Assembly: GCF_964355755.1 (NCBI RefSeq)
Contig: NC_092672.1
Span: 19,233,237 to 19,297,236 of the forward strand
Direction of reading: 5' to 3'
From: Antedon mediterranea
Lineage: Eukaryota > Animalia > Echinodermata
DNA length: 64,000 bases
A program made the position numbers and the translations under genes. The first letter of the stretch is position 1. Each line of letters begins with the position of its first letter. This document shows, in pieces, positions 25,766 to 40,400 of this stretch. The notes under the pieces were generated by a model. That model was not told the DNA's origin, ran no database searches, and was given only the letters and a program-made list of their open reading frames with translations.

Positions 25766-25936
25766 CAGATTCGATTTATTAAGTCATTTATACCTCCATG
25801 TTCATACATAGTATAATGATAATTGTTTTCTAGGCAGGATAACACAGGCATAACAACACACACATACTATTTACATTCGTGATCAACTTGGAACTAACAA
25901 CAACAACTGATCAAGCAATATAAAATACAACAGACC

Positions 25937-28469
25937 GGGTGCAGGTCAAGTCGGCCCCAAACCATCTCGGCCAAAGTCAAGTCGGCCCCAAGTCAACTCG
26001 GCTTCAAGTCAACTCGGCCTCACCAGGGGCGCAGCCAGTGGGGGGGTCACGGGGGTCCTGACCCCCTTTTTTTTTTAGAAAAAATAAATAAAAACATGAG
26101 ACAACAATACAGATCAAATCATCCTGGAGATACTGTGGAAGATTACTACCGAGCACTATTACCAAATCAACTTCTTGATCATTTACAAACCGAGTTAAAA
26201 ACCCGTTTTTCTTCCGATAACAGGCCATGCTTTAAAATATTTGGCGTAGCACCCGAGTCTATCGTGAAGTGTAATGTTGAAGAAGTCTTCAAGGAACTTG
26301 AATTTGGTGCGATGATCTGCCAAGACACGAACATCTAATTCATTCCGAGCTTCAGTGATGGAAGAAGCGACTGTGTAAAATTAGCGGATCCAATCCAGAT
26401 GTGTTCCCGAATGTGCGTTCACTTCTTCTAATCGCGTAGGCCAATTCCCGTAACGTCTGCTGAAGCTGAGCGGAGTTTTTCGACTTTGTGGAGAACGAAA
26501 ACCTGTTTGCGAAATCACATGTCTTATGAGCAGCTTTCGGGATTGTGCCTCATGAACATACACTTTAACATGAACATTAATACAGAGAATGTCATTCGCG
26601 AATTCTGTCTCCAAGCCGAGAAGAATGTTCCAAACTTATGTTTAAAGATGCATCACGCGATGTCTAGAGCGCCGTTATAGTAACTAACGTAAAATGTATG
26701 ATAATAATTTAGAAGTTAGTTATTACAATTATGTATAAGCTATCACCTATACTATACATTCGAACAAAATAGGTATATTTTTAAACAAAATATTGTATGT
26801 ACTGGGTATGATAAGCGTCTCACATACACACGGAGCCAAGATAGCTTCTTGGACTTGCACAGTGTATGAACTCTAACCTTACGGTTCTCATTTAATAATA
26901 TCACTCCATGCTATCATTCTAATTTCTTTTTTCAAACTTTTGCAACTCTGCGTTCATTTCATGCAACTTTTGTATTGGTGAAAAAGGAGGAATTCAAATA
27001 ATCCCTCCTCTGAGTTTACAGCCTCTCTACACAAATCAACAAACAAGCAAGAAAAAAAGTGTTTGTCTGTGGCAGCCTGGAATATAAAAATGTTCTGTAA
27101 TAAAAATGAGAGTTGTTTTTGTTTTCTTTGTTTCAGTTTATTAGTGTTAACATTGTCATATTTGTGTGTGCGTAAACCGATTCAAATGATCTAGATTGCG
27201 CTAGACCGCCAAAGCTTCCAGGGCCCCCTGGACCCCAACCGGGGCCCTTGGCGGCCCCCTGGCCCCCAGCCCATGGTTGCTCGCTTCGCTCGCAAAATAC
27301 TCACATATTGGTTGACCCCCCCATTAATTCTTTGCTGGCTGCGCCCCTGCTCACGTCAACTTGGCCAAAAACTAATCGGTCAACTCGGCCACAATAAAGT
27401 ATGGAACGCAAAAAGTGCTTAATATTATTATGATTATTACTATCCACTCTTTAAAAAAAATTAAGAAATAAGAAAATAAAAAAATGATATCATTGCCGAT
27501 ATGAATAGAAGTACCCGCGTTTTACAAAAACACGTGCAGGTACCACATTTTAGTAAATCGAAGACCATCATGGAGCTATTATAGCTCCATGGTTCCACCA
27601 TTTGGCCATAGAAAAATTATCGTACTGTACATATCGTTTTTGTCCATGATTTGCGTTTTTAAAAAAGGGGAATCCCCCGGTCAGTGAAAACACGTCGTAG
27701 CAGTTGTAGATATCGAAATAGCTGCCAAAGGCACAGGGAGGCGCAGCTACGAATTCAGATTTCAGGTTTCAGATGTTGTCGCCTAATCAAATGCATACAC
27801 TGAAGAAATCTACGCGTGATTCAACCATAGCGTTAACATTAATTAATACCTCAATGATTCAACCAAACAATCCAACCAAACAATCTTATTACACCTAATA
27901 TATGTACTCTCATATCGGACATGTTTATTGAATTTTGACGCACGAATGAACATACGCGCCCACGTACGTGCATCATCATATTGGGTGTATGCCTACAATG
28001 TGTTCCTATTTATTATCAAAATGTTCATATTGTAATCATTAATAATAGTATGAATGCTAGCTTATTAATCAATTGTTTGTTATGCGCAATTTCAGAACAA
28101 TTTGTGCAATTTGAAATTTTATTAAACGTAATAAAGAAAAATTGGTGAAATCCTTCTTTTTTTTTTTTGCTAAAAGTATTATTGTCTAAATATTAATATT
28201 CATTAAAAGTCAGAATTATTCATAGGTAATAAAATGTGAAGAAATATTATTTTATCAATCCCCTTCCTTTGCACCTTTTGCATTCCATAATTTAACGGGG
28301 CCGAGTTGACCGATTATATTTTGGCCGAGTTGACGTGAGGCCGAGTTGAATTGAGGCCGAGTTGACTTGAGGCCGAGTTGACTTGGGGCCGACTTGACTT
28401 GGGGCCGACTTGACTTGGGGCCGACTTGACTTTGGCCGAGACGGTTTAGGGCCGACTTGGATCGAAATC
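25937..28469. mobile_element. Foldback-like non-autonomous DNA transposon with tandem subterminal repeats (host of the nested hAT)
   Basis: Left arm of (aagtcaagtcggcccc / gtcaactcggcc)n at 25945-26020 and 27355-27390; reverse-complement array at 28298-28460. Confidence 0.8.
26024..27349 (+). mobile_element. Non-autonomous hAT element with 5-bp TSD carrying a transposase C-terminal remnant
   Basis: TIR caggggcgcagccag / ctggctgcgcccctg; TSD ctcac at 26019-26023 and 27350-27354; degenerate SAERSFSTLWRTKTCLRNHMSYEQLSGLCLMNIH (hAT dimerization motif). Confidence 0.88.
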
Positions 28470-31400
28470 TAAACCTAATGACCGATCTCATTGTTGTGCA
28501 GTCTAAGAGGGGGTCGTTATTGTCAGGACTTTTTGAAATCGAAGATCCCCACTAAAAATATTTCAATATTGTATTCATACTGGGTCTCTGTTGTGCGGTT
28601 TTCGAAAACAAAGACTACCACTAAAAGTTTACAATATTAAGTTTTACGATTTTTGTTGTTTTGTCGTAAAACACAGTAGGAGTTTTGAGAGACCTTAACT
28701 AAACAGGGAAACCAACTTAACACAATTATTGAAAACTTTTACTGTGAACAAAGATCTCTACTCAAAAATCTTCTCAATATTGTATTCTGTACCGTGTTTC
28801 TGTTTTTGGGTTTTTGAAAATAGAGACCCCTCCCCGACAAAAAGTTCACAATATTATTTTCAAGAGGTTGGGTTTTCTCTGTTTCTGTGAAATAATGAAA
28901 ACAGAGATTCCTACTAAAAATAATTGTGTTTTAGGTGGAGCCTTTTGTTTTCAATATTACTTAAAAACATAGACCCCGGCCCACTAAACTGTCAATATTA
29001 TGTAATTTATACAGTACAGTAGGGGGAGCAGGCTGGTTTCTCCCTGGGACATTTTCCATTGCACATTTTCCCATGGACATTTTCCACGAGAAATGTTTCC
29101 CCCGGGGTCAAATGTTTAGAGGGAGTCCAGCCTAGAACAGTAGGATTAGTCTCTATTATCAAGATGTATTGAAAGCAAAGACACCATTAACATTTTTCTA
29201 GGTGTGTTCTAGAGGGAGAGGTCTCGTCTCTGCTTGCAATGAATTGTAAAATCCCTACACAATATTGTGTTCTAGAGGATAGTCTCTGTTTAAAAAAAAT
29301 AAATCTTGAGATTTTTTTAAAACGAGTGGCTTCACTCAAATTTATCAATATTTAGTTATATAATAGGGTGGTTATGTTAGACTAGACTGACCCCACTACA
29401 AATTCTCAATATATTTGTTCTATAGACTAGAGACCTCACCAACATTTCTCAATATTTATGTTCTATAGGGTGGTCTCGGTTTTCGATAAACCTAAGAAAT
29501 AGATACATTTATTAAGAATGTTAGTCGCTTCTTACCCCATACTATTCATGAATATAGTGGCCATCTTGGATTTTGAAGGGCATCTTGGATTCGAACTTAC
29601 ATTCTAAATTAAAAGATACATGCTTGCTGAGGATGACATATCCACTTTAAAAAGTTTGGAAAGAACATTTTTAAAAGTTCTTTTCCAACTTTTTAAAGTG
29701 GATATGTCATCTTCATTATTAAAATAGCCATGAGTTTTATCCTGGGTTGGACCAGTGTAACATTTTTTTTTTTCAAATTTTGAGTGTTTCTATTTAAATT
29801 TATGTAATTCCGTACCAAATTGCGTTTCACCTTTGATATTGTAAAGTTAAAATGACTATATATAGGCAAAATATTGTAAAACTGTGTTATAAAAAATATG
29901 TAATAAAATTTCATTTTTACTAAAAATATAATTCTTGAAAAATTGTAATTTTTGATAAAAAAATTCAAAAATTACCATTTTCACCCAAAAACTTTGCATT
30001 TTTGCATGTAAACATATCATGTTTGGTATCATTAGATACATAATTAGAATTGCTATATATGATACTTTATTTAATGAAATATGTTACATCAGTCATAAGT
30101 TATATCTAAAAAGTGATTAATACCAAATTGTTCTTATTATAATATGCTATTAAGTTATATTTTTACTAAAATAAAATTGTTGAAAAAAATGAACAAAAAA
30201 TTCAATTTTCACCCAAAAACTATATCATGTGTGCATGTAAAATTAATAAGTTTGCTATCATTAGATAGATAATTCAAATAGCTATTATATGATACTTCAT
30301 TTGATAAAATATTTTATACCAGTCTAAAAAGTGATTAATACCAAATTTGACATAATTGACATCTAATGACCCCTAAATTATATGTTCCACTAACCAGATT
30401 TTGGTAGATTTTGAAAAGAAAGTGTCCTACTAGTTACTGAATCAGATAAAAAAGGTTTGAAAACTATTGCAATTTGTTTTTGGTTACACCCTTTTATTCA
30501 TAGATTTCCTGGAAATCTCCACATAGGCCTACTATTATTTCCGTAAGTATCACAGGAATATTTGTAATACCAGCATTGCATTGATATCACATGTAGTGCC
30601 TGTATAATAAGGTTAGGTTAAGGGTTTAGTTAGTACTAGATGTGAAACACATGTGAACTATATGATACTTTGGAAATAGATACAGTACCAAGAATCGACT
30701 GAATTTAAAGCAAATTACTGTATCTGGTTTAATTTAACCGTTTATTTTATACATTTTATAAGTGAAATAATTATTTCTATTATGTTTTTTACACAATTAT
30801 ATTTTTCACCTTCTCTTTAATGCAATTTCCGGGCAAGTAGGCTGCATGTTCATATTCTGAAATTGTTTCCTACCGAAGTGTAACCATGGTAGGCCTAAGG
30901 TTTTTCGTTTATAAAATTCATAATCTCATATTATTCTCTTACATCCCTGACACAAAACCCTCCAACCGTCCCAGCAATGTCCTAACTTGTATACCATCCC
31001 CATAAGATGTGCGCCTTCCCATGGAAAACCATCACCCGCTTCTGACACAGGCCCTTACAGCCGCAGACCGCAAAACTGATGGCATGAAAAACATTAGTTC
31101 CTAATAGTAACCGTACTGAGATTTTTAATTCAAGGATGCAATTTCCGGGTTAAGTGAAAGTAGGCCTACATATTCTCAATTGTTTTACTCCAGACATGCG
31201 CCTAAGGATTTTTAGAAATTTAATTTAAAGAGTTATTTTAAAATTCTGATGTACCCCCTGACACCAATCTTGCAATTTCCACAATTTCAGTTCCCATTCA
31301 AAACTCATCCTATGCCTTTGTGACATATGCCCATGTTTTCACGCAGCCGTGGCATAATTGCACCACAATTAATATTTAAAAGTTGAGCAAAAAATAATAA

Positions 31401-32209
31401 TTTTCTACTTTTCCATCATCCCTATTAGTCTCAATAATGTATACCGTAATATGTATCATCCGTTACTGTATTTATATGTTAATCCTGTTATTGGCGAATT
31501 GTTTGGTTGGTTTGAGTTTTAAAAAGATTAATAAGAAATTAAATAAAATAATGTTAAAAATTGTTGAAGAAAACCAACGATTCAAGACATGAACGAAATA
31601 ATCTATATATAAATTTACGTAAGGGCAAAATTCGGTAAATCGCGCCTTACTTTTCGAATTTGTACTCGATGGTATATAAAGTTGGTTCGTACTTTCGGTA
31701 CTGATTTTAACCACCTGATGTAACCCTGTTTACTAATTAAATTAAGTTAGATAATTAGTTATTGACGATTAAAACGAATTTAGGTTCAACGATTTGCCCC
31801 AAATAGGGGTGTTTTCCGATCGTGGTATACACTGTCTAATGGATGTCCGTCTTGAAAAATACCCGCCACAAAAATGCGAGGAGGCTTCGCATTTTCCTAT
31901 CTCCTCCTACGATAATTGTTTTTAATGGCTGAAAACCGGTTGAACAGCTAGAGTACACCATCATAATGTTGAAGACAGGCCGATTTTCTTTAAAAAATAC
32001 TATTTTGATAGATTTAATATACGATATACAAATCTATTGATTTGCGATGAATGGAACATCCCAATCTCTCAGTCTGCCAGAGTTTGGTTTAACACAAGTA
32101 CTGTAGGTAAATTTATGAGCCCTTGGTTTAACACATACGGTAGGTAAATATATGGGCCCTTTGAGAATAAACTTGCGAGATTGTGGATAGGCTCTTGAAA
32201 TATTTATAT

Positions 32210-32562
32210 ATACCTCTAAATACAGTAAAACATTTGCGATTTAATACTTTTTTTATATAAACACATTATTATATACAAATAAACTTTATACTGACAGTTC
32301 TTTCTCAACGTTTGTATTAATTGATAATTACCAAATATAAACGTCGTAGTTGTGTATCGTGACATGGTACTTTAATATTTCAATCGATTATGACAGTGAC
32401 AGTGTTAACTAAACTAAATAAAGAATGTTCTCTAATATAATTAGGAATCTCTTGCCATACACGGGGAAAATTAGTGTACAATGAATATTTAAAAGAAATA
32501 AATAAATAAATAAAATAAAAAAAGTATTAAATCGCAAATGTTTTACTGTATTTAGAGGTATA
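32210..32562. mobile_element. MITE with ~40-bp perfect TIRs
   Basis: atacctctaaatacagtaaaacatttgcgatttaatactttt / aaaagtattaaatcgcaaatgttttactgtatttagaggtat; TA flanks. Confidence 0.75.
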
Positions 32563-33025
32563 TTATTTATAGGCCTATAAAACATGAAAAAAATATTTCG
32601 TTACTGAGTGGATAAAGAATAATAATATTTAAAAATTGTTCCTCTTTGTACCTATCCGCTTTCCCATCCCTCAACCCTAATGTTACATACAAAACACAAA
32701 TTGGGTTTCTTTAAATGAGTCCAAATCAAAAACTTGATTTTGTGATAAGTTTCTCCATCGGAAGTAATTCCCAGGGTGCTAATTTTAGTTGACTACATAA
32801 ATCATCGTGTCTATTTATTCGTTTCTGTAAACGACAATGTATATAGTCCTGCGGTACGTACATTTGAAATGGCCAGTTTTGTTACGCTGAAATTACTGTG
32901 TATTCGAGAACCATCTGTGGGCACGACCTAGATGGTACGCGAGCGAAGCGAGCGTACCATCTAGTCTTATGTAATTTTACTATTACATACACTGTATGTA
33001 TAGATAACATCCTGTCTGTACAGAT

Positions 33026-34618
33026 CAGGGGTGGCGCCAGGATTTTCCCGACGCGGGGGCTACATTTCCCGACGAAGGGGCTATGCGAGTGAAGCGAGCA
33101 TCACTAGGCTGGAGGCCAGGGGGCCGCTAAGGGCCCCCGGTGGGGGTCCAGGGGGCGAATCCCCCGGAAGCAACGCGTTCTAGCGTCATTTGAGGTCATT
33201 TTAATCAGATTTAGGGTAGCCATTTTTTCCATTTTTTATAATGCATAAATAAAATACTGCGTACAAAAAAACGATGCGCGATGACTGTTTCAATCCATAT
33301 TTTTCAATTTAAAAAATAAAAGTTCAAAGAAAATTTAGAAAAATAGAGTTGGAGGTCCCGGAAATTGGACTTATTATACTTCAAAACATGAAACAAAATA
33401 TATAAGTCCCTATCATGGTTGTGACTGAGCTAAGAAATGTTTGAAAAATAGAGATGTTAGGTCCCGGAAAATGCACTTCTTGTACTTCGAAATATGACCA
33501 GCTTTATTGTTGGGGCTGAGCTAAGAAAATGTTTAAAACTAGAGCATCAGGCCTAGAGGCTTTAAAAACGCAAGCGTAGACGTTTTTCAGTCGGGGAAAT
33601 AAGTTTATTCCTCCCAAGTGTATGCGTGCGTACCATCTGGACTTCCGAGTGGTGAGAAATTCATGACATACAGGACATTGAAAATGTAATAACTTAGCTA
33701 TAATAAGATGTTGGCTAAGCGAAAATGGCATGTTTTTTTGTTTAGTAATGGATGAAAAATTTATTTTAGGTGCCCCACGGTACAGAAGGTTACTTGTAAA
33801 TTAAAAAATTGGTGAACATACGAACAATTAACATAATTCGTTTTTGCTGTAATGTAGCGTACGTCGACGCAGTACACGACGTAACCGTCAGTAAACTTCG
33901 CCTGGAAAATAACTACAGTACACATTTTGGTCCCTGGATGGAACATGATATCACGCGTCTCGACCCGACGTTGAACGATTCGTACAAATCGATACCGCCA
34001 GACAAGTGCGAACCTAGCTATTGTTTTCTATAGTAAGTTAGATCGCTGGCAATAATGAATGCATATAAAGTGCATAATATCACTCTGACGTACTCTCACG
34101 GTCAATGAAACGTCGCGGTTTTCTAGGCGCTGAAGCTAGCTACGAAGTGAACGCGAACGCTTTTTACTGTATATTATATTCCCCGACAAAAAGTACCCGT
34201 GTTCCCTTCGGTAAACGTCGGTAAACTTCGCCTGGAAAATAACTACATTACACATTTTGGTCCCTGGATGGAACTTGATATCACGCGTCTCGACCCAACG
34301 TTGAACGATTCGTACAAAGGGATACCGCCAGACAAGTGCGTACCTAGCTAATGTTTAGTAGTAAGTTAGATCGCTGGCAATAAATGAATGCATAAAAGTG
34401 CATAATAGCCCTCTGACGTACTCTCACGGTCAATGGAACGTCGTGGTTTTCTAGGCGCTGAAGCTATATGAATTGAACGCGAACGTTTTTTACTGTACTC
34501 TATATTATATTCCCCGACAAAAAGTACCCGTGTTCCCCGACGAGGTGGGGGGGGGGGGGGTAGGCTCCCCGACGAGGGGGATAGAGCCCCCGTAGCCCCC
34601 CCGCTGGCGCCACCACTG
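33026..34618. mobile_element. Non-autonomous hAT-like element with an internal ~330-bp tandem duplication
   Basis: TIR caggggtggcgccag / ctggcgccaccactg; subterminal ccccgacg motifs; duplication 33888-34210 / 34218-34540; sits in a 20-bp ctgtctgtacagataacatc repeat. Confidence 0.8.
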
Positions 34619-35099
34619 GTCTGTACAGATAACATCCTGTCTGTACAGATAACATCCTGTCTTCTAGTATTCATTACAACTTGTTGGGATTGTTATAGGA
34701 GTTTAATAATAGAAATCGAATGGAAGATTAGTATGTAATAATAATAATAATAATAATAATAATTTATTGGAAACTTCACTTTTACACAACAGTGCATGGT
34801 ACACTTTGATGATAAAGGTGCGTCCAAGTAATACCATGTAGTATGTAATAATATGTATAGATGTCGAACAATGATTTCTATAATTAAATTCTATAGAATT
34901 AATATGCATTGTGCGTCTATGAAAGAAATTCATAGACCATGAAAACGTTGTGAGCAGAGAAAGCCTACTATTAACTATGAGCACTTGCTATGAGTATAGT
35001 GTTAAAGCAGTTGTACGAATTTTTAAGATTTTGACCAGCGTTAGATCGAAAAGTACTTAACGACCATTATGCTTTCTGGCATGTAGGGCGGCAACGACA

Positions 35100-35517
35100 G
35101 ACTTGCACTCTTGTAAGAGAAATCGAACTGTAAGTCCAGTTTATTACAATTTATGAGAATTTCAGTTTAGCCAATCGTGTTTTTAAAATGGCGGGTGGAT
35201 GTTTTGCTAGCTCCAGTCCCACAATATAATGGATTGCGCATGCTTATTATTTGTTAGCGTGAAGAATCATCTGCGTTGGTGTATATCAAATAAAGTGTAA
35301 TCCTTTTATTTGTTAATAGGTGCTTTATTTGTGAGTTGATTTGGCTCTCAGTATGAATTACATTTAGTTTCGCCAAAATAGTTAAGCTTTTGTTTTTCTT
35401 TTGGGTCTCCGTTTGAGCAAATGTAGCTGAAAATCTAGTCTGTAACAGCATTAGACCTGATTAATTTATGAAAAGTTTTGAAAGTTTATCATTTTACAAG
35501 TTTCCGCATGAAATAAG
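35100..35517 (+). promoter_or_regulatory. Putative promoter / first non-coding exon of the ROCO gene
   Basis: Cluster of CCAAT (agccaatc ~35170), YY1-like aaaatggcgg (35185) and NRF1-like tgcgcatgc (35235); donor AAG|gtacta at 35517; a small candidate UTR exon at 36079-36106 (cag...TAG|gtaagt). Confidence 0.4.
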
Positions 35518-35824
35518 GTACTATGTTTTAATGAAATTTGTTGAAATGAATTAGTTAATTTTGAAAGTCATTTTATATGAGTAGCTGGCTCGTGTGATCT
35601 ACAGCGATGTATTTTGCTTATTAAGCTACCCCTGTCCAGATTTGATCAAACAACGAGCCATTGTACACTCAGTTATCAGCTTTACAATAATTAATTCAAG
35701 TTATAGAAGACAACTACAAACTATAGATACCGTACCCACTGAGCCATTTGTTATCAAACTGAAGTTATTAAATAATTCAGTCCAGTAATTTAAAGATTGT
35801 ACATAAATAATAGGAGTTGGATAG

Positions 35825-36010
35825 CCGGGTTCAATGCCCGACAACTCCCAGCTCACTCAGCTGTAAAATGAGTACCTGGTTGAAAATACTAGGGAGAAAA
35901 AAGGCGGCGTGGAAAGGAACTGGCCACCTTACCACATAATGCCGAGGCTTGGTACAATGAGCTCCTAACAGCTCATTCCCCTACGTTCAGAGAACACGGG
36001 ACTCACCTTA
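35825..36010 (+). mobile_element. SINE fragment
   Basis: gggttcaatgccc B-box followed by a cactcagctgtaaaatgagtacc core. Confidence 0.5.
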
Positions 36011-37455
36011 CATAAATAAACAAAAACACGTCAATATAACTTTTTGACTGTATCAATTTATTCTTTTGAAATTTGCAGAAAAATTACTTAACTTCATCAG
36101 TGTTAGGTAAGTTCTAACATGTTAAATGCTAACTAACTATACTACTAGCTCTGTCTACAAAATCAAAGTATGTCAAAAAAAATGTGATGTGGACACGATG
36201 TTATATCACTACAATATTTGAGCACATCACACTTTTTTGCCAATAACTAGTCTGATAGTGTAGACAGAGTTGTAGACAGAATTGTTCCAAATGGGTCATT
36301 ATGAATCTAAGAATGTCTAGGCCTAATGCTTTGACAATTTTAACTGAACCTAATTATCATATTGGTAAGTCTACAGTGTTACAGCTGTATGAAGTAATGT
36401 CTTCCACTCACAACGTACATTGATAGTAATTTGAAAATTGAATTTCATAACCCTTGGGTAGCTGCTTTAAGATTTTAGTGTACTGTACTTCTTAATAGCA
36501 AATAAAATACTTTTGTTGGTTCCATACAGTATTGGGTATTTGTTCACTAAGTAAATAAAAGTAATAATAGGTAACTGAATAATGAATTGGCATGACTCAT
36601 TATTCTAGGATTCTTTTCAACATGTTATTCTTTCACTTTCGTATTATTCCATACATCCTTATCACATATACAAAGCTAAACAACAAGCTTCACTTTGGAA
36701 AAGTTTTCAATGATTTCTCAACAGTTCTGCCATGGGTGAGATTGTAATTTACAAATAATGTCGCGGGGCGGGGCAGATATTTAGCAAGTTTCACATGGCT
36801 TTCATTCAAGGTTTTGAGTAACACAAGATTGAGTACCCTTCTGACTGGGGCCTGCCAACGCTTCCTAGAGCATTTTAGGTATATGAAATAGGTTAAGTCA
36901 GATAAATAATTGTTCATTATGCAAGAATGCTACAAAATTATACTGAAAACTAAATTAGTAATTTCACAACATTCTGTCATTTGTTTTTACATTTCTAGTA
37001 AAAACAAAACTAATTCTACGTTGATTTCATTAATATGTTTCCTGTTAAGGAACATTTAAAAATGTTTTTCTAACCGTACTACATTTGCTATGTCGACCAA
37101 TCTGTTTTTAATTGTTTATGGTGGTTGATTTAATAGAATTAGGCCCTAAGCTGCTTTTATTGTTTGTATTGTAAGCCTATTCGTATTATAATCTACTAAA
37201 AGTTTACTTTATAGACCTAAACCCTTGGTTCTTAAACATCTGTTTTAACGTTTGTTCTTTGAATAGCACAAGGAAATAAAATGGGTCTCAAGGAATTTTT
37301 TTCTAAAATATGTGCTTGCAATGGTATTCAAGTAGGTGTTTTTAATTTTTAGTATGATAATAAATATTAATAATAAGTGAATTATAAACCCTAGGCTATG
37401 ACAACGAACACATTTAGTGGGCATTTATATCTATTTTTCTGTTCATATTTTATAG

Positions 37456-40400
37456 ATTCCTAATATTGCTCAATTTGATGCCATTGATATCTGCCAACAT
37501 TTGATTCAGTTGAACATGCAAGACAGTAAGAATGAGGTAGACATCTTTCATCAGGGGCCGATTGGGATCGATTTGACTCAATCTTTCAAAATATGAAAAC
37601 AAAGGCTTTGACCTGTATATAAAATGACATATACATTACGACAAGAATAAAATTCATTTGGTTCTAGACTGTATAAAATAAATATGTTGGCGCACATTGC
37701 GTTTCAAATGGATATAATACTCCAGCTTGAAATGTATAGTTTCCCGACAAAAATCGAAACGCCCACTGGAATACTAAACATGAAAAAGACAATAACTACA
37801 GACAAATACATATTGCCTGGTATCTTCTCTTCTCCTAGCATTTTGATGTTCTTGTCGATTGATCAAGGACACTGATTGAACCAGTATATCATGGTTTGAT
37901 ATTACGTTACTACTTGTCTATCAATCTCCGTTACGATCTTGTTCCTCTCAGTCTCGAGTTTTGTTTAGAGTAACACCAAACTTTGAAAGGCGACATACTG
38001 ATCCGAATGATTTTTTTAAGGAATCATAGTACCCTACTGAACTTAATAAATTGAACAATGTGAATTATTTGTAACATTTTGATTTTGATATTTGAATAGG
38101 ATAGCGATACAGCATTGATTTTGGGTGCCTCATTTGGTAATGTCAGTATATGTCAGAGTTTGATCGACGCGGGAGCAAATGTTACATTACAAGATAAAGT
38201 AAGTCATACATTATAATTATTATTTGGATAAATTAAATCCAAATTTGAGTAACTCAAAAGTGCTATTTATAGATTGAGCTATACTTTCGTACTTTGAGAA
38301 AAGGGCTTATCTACAAAAAGCTACTTTTGAATAATTGACCAAAACATGTTTTTGTTTTTCATTGCAAAAGTTCATGTAGTATTTTATTTTCAAATAAATA
38401 TATTTCAAAAGTACATTATTAACAAATATCTGAAATAATTTTGTAATTTAGATCAGGTAATTTGTAAACAATTTACATATATAAAAAAGGCTTTTCTCCT
38501 AAGAGCATTTATCTGCCTCATTATTTATTTATCATACTGTTATCTGATTGGCCAATTGCTGTAATTGAGGCCTTTTATCAAATTCTAAGCCCCAATAATA
38601 ATTATTATTGTTCTAAATTTCATGTTTATAGACATATTTTGGGATAACTTGTCAATTCAAGTGATAATAAGACAAAAATCTTATTTTCGAAAAATAAATG
38701 TAGTTAGTCCTTTTCTCAAAGTAGGGCAGTATAGATTTATTTATTTATTCTTTCTTTATTCTGCAGGCACTTTCAGTACTAGTGCACTGATTTTCAAAGT
38801 GGTAAAGTAATTGGAAATATCATAACAAACATAATAAAGTAAAGACAAAGAGTAATCAAAATAATAATAGAGAAAATATACACTAAAAAATAGATTGATA
38901 CTGTACAGGGCAGAATTAATGATAGTGGGTGTTTATAAAACAAATAATGAATGTTATATGTTTGTGTTATGACATTAAATTCGGTGAGAAATAAATATTT
39001 GTTATATTTTTCCCTCATGAATTTATTTGTACCACCGTACTTATAAACATAAATTAATTGTATAAAATACACTTGAGTCCGTAAGGACACACCTATTTTG
39101 ATGTTTTTGTGTGGTTAGCATTTTAGTTTATAAATAAATATAAAAGTTCACAAAAAAACAGACCTCGTTTGGTAAATAAAGTATAAATGAATTTTACTTT
39201 TTCGTTACTCTGCACTCATTGTACGTAAGATTCCTGAATGGTATAATAGTTTTGTGTTTTTCCTATCTGTACTTGACAACAGCAAGACAACACTTAACAA
39301 TAATGTTCGGGTGGGAAATAACATACTATGTTATTGTATATAAAAAGGAGAATCGAATAACGAAAGATAACGAAAAAGTACCACAAGTGTTTTTTTACAT
39401 TGGTATGACATATTATAACCTGAATAATGTTTTCAGAATGGAGGTTCACCTTTGCATTATGCTGCAGCCCATAGCCATAGATCTGTATGCGACATTCTAA
39501 TCAAAGCAGGAGCTGATGTGAATCTTCCAAACAATGTAAGTTACACAAAACTAGGTTAAATTAGGTTTCTTGTAAGATATACTTTGATGTGATTTTAAAT
39601 TTAATTTAAGGTAATGCACAGTAATAACATACAGTAGTAATGAAATATTTAACCTTGTCCGTTTAATTAATATTAAATTTGACAAACTAACTTCACATTA
39701 ATTTATTTGGAGCAATGAAGAGTATCAATCGTTTTGTCTGATATGTTAATGTTGTAAATCATTCAATAGGCCTGCATTTGTTAAATAAATCAATTTTAAG
39801 ATTTAAATGTTTTGTTTGTTGTTCTAATGCTGTATAAACCACTTCATTAATTTAGATTAGTGTTTAATTGGACATGACTAGGTTTAAAAACAACCTTTTC
39901 TGTGCTTTCTATTTCACCACTGCCTGTCTAACCTTAGCCAACATTCCACTTAACTCCGTGATTTTCCATGCCAACTTTCCATCCAATCGGCAACTCCAAA
40001 TACTCATTTTCTCATACTCCATTGCTCTCAATCATCCTGATTTCACAGTATTCAGGTGTGTGATTACGAATTAGCCCTACACCAAATAGTCACCATGATA
40101 CTTACTTAGCTTAGATGTGATTTATTGTAAATTTATTTCGTGATAGGCCTAATTAGCTTTTCAAAAGAAGATTAAGTTATAATATCTGGCTAAACCTCTG
40201 AGAAGAAAGAAATCTCATTGATGGAATGGCATCGACATCTATATTTTTTAGTAATTTATATTTTATCAAAGGTAGCAGTCGATCGCAAACACTTCCAAAA
40301 AGTGTAAACGTAGTGGACAACTTGCCCTACGTCAATCAAATATTGAACACAGAAATTAAATTAGATGAAGTCATAAGTGCATTAAAAGCACAAAAAAGGG

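Larger units (their letters stand above)
25130..29500. repeat. Old degenerate satellite (ttctcaatattgtgttctatagggtggtctctg-like units) split by transposon insertions
   Basis: Diverged units at 25130-25600 and again at 28530-29500, on both sides of the 25937-28469 element. Confidence 0.6.
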
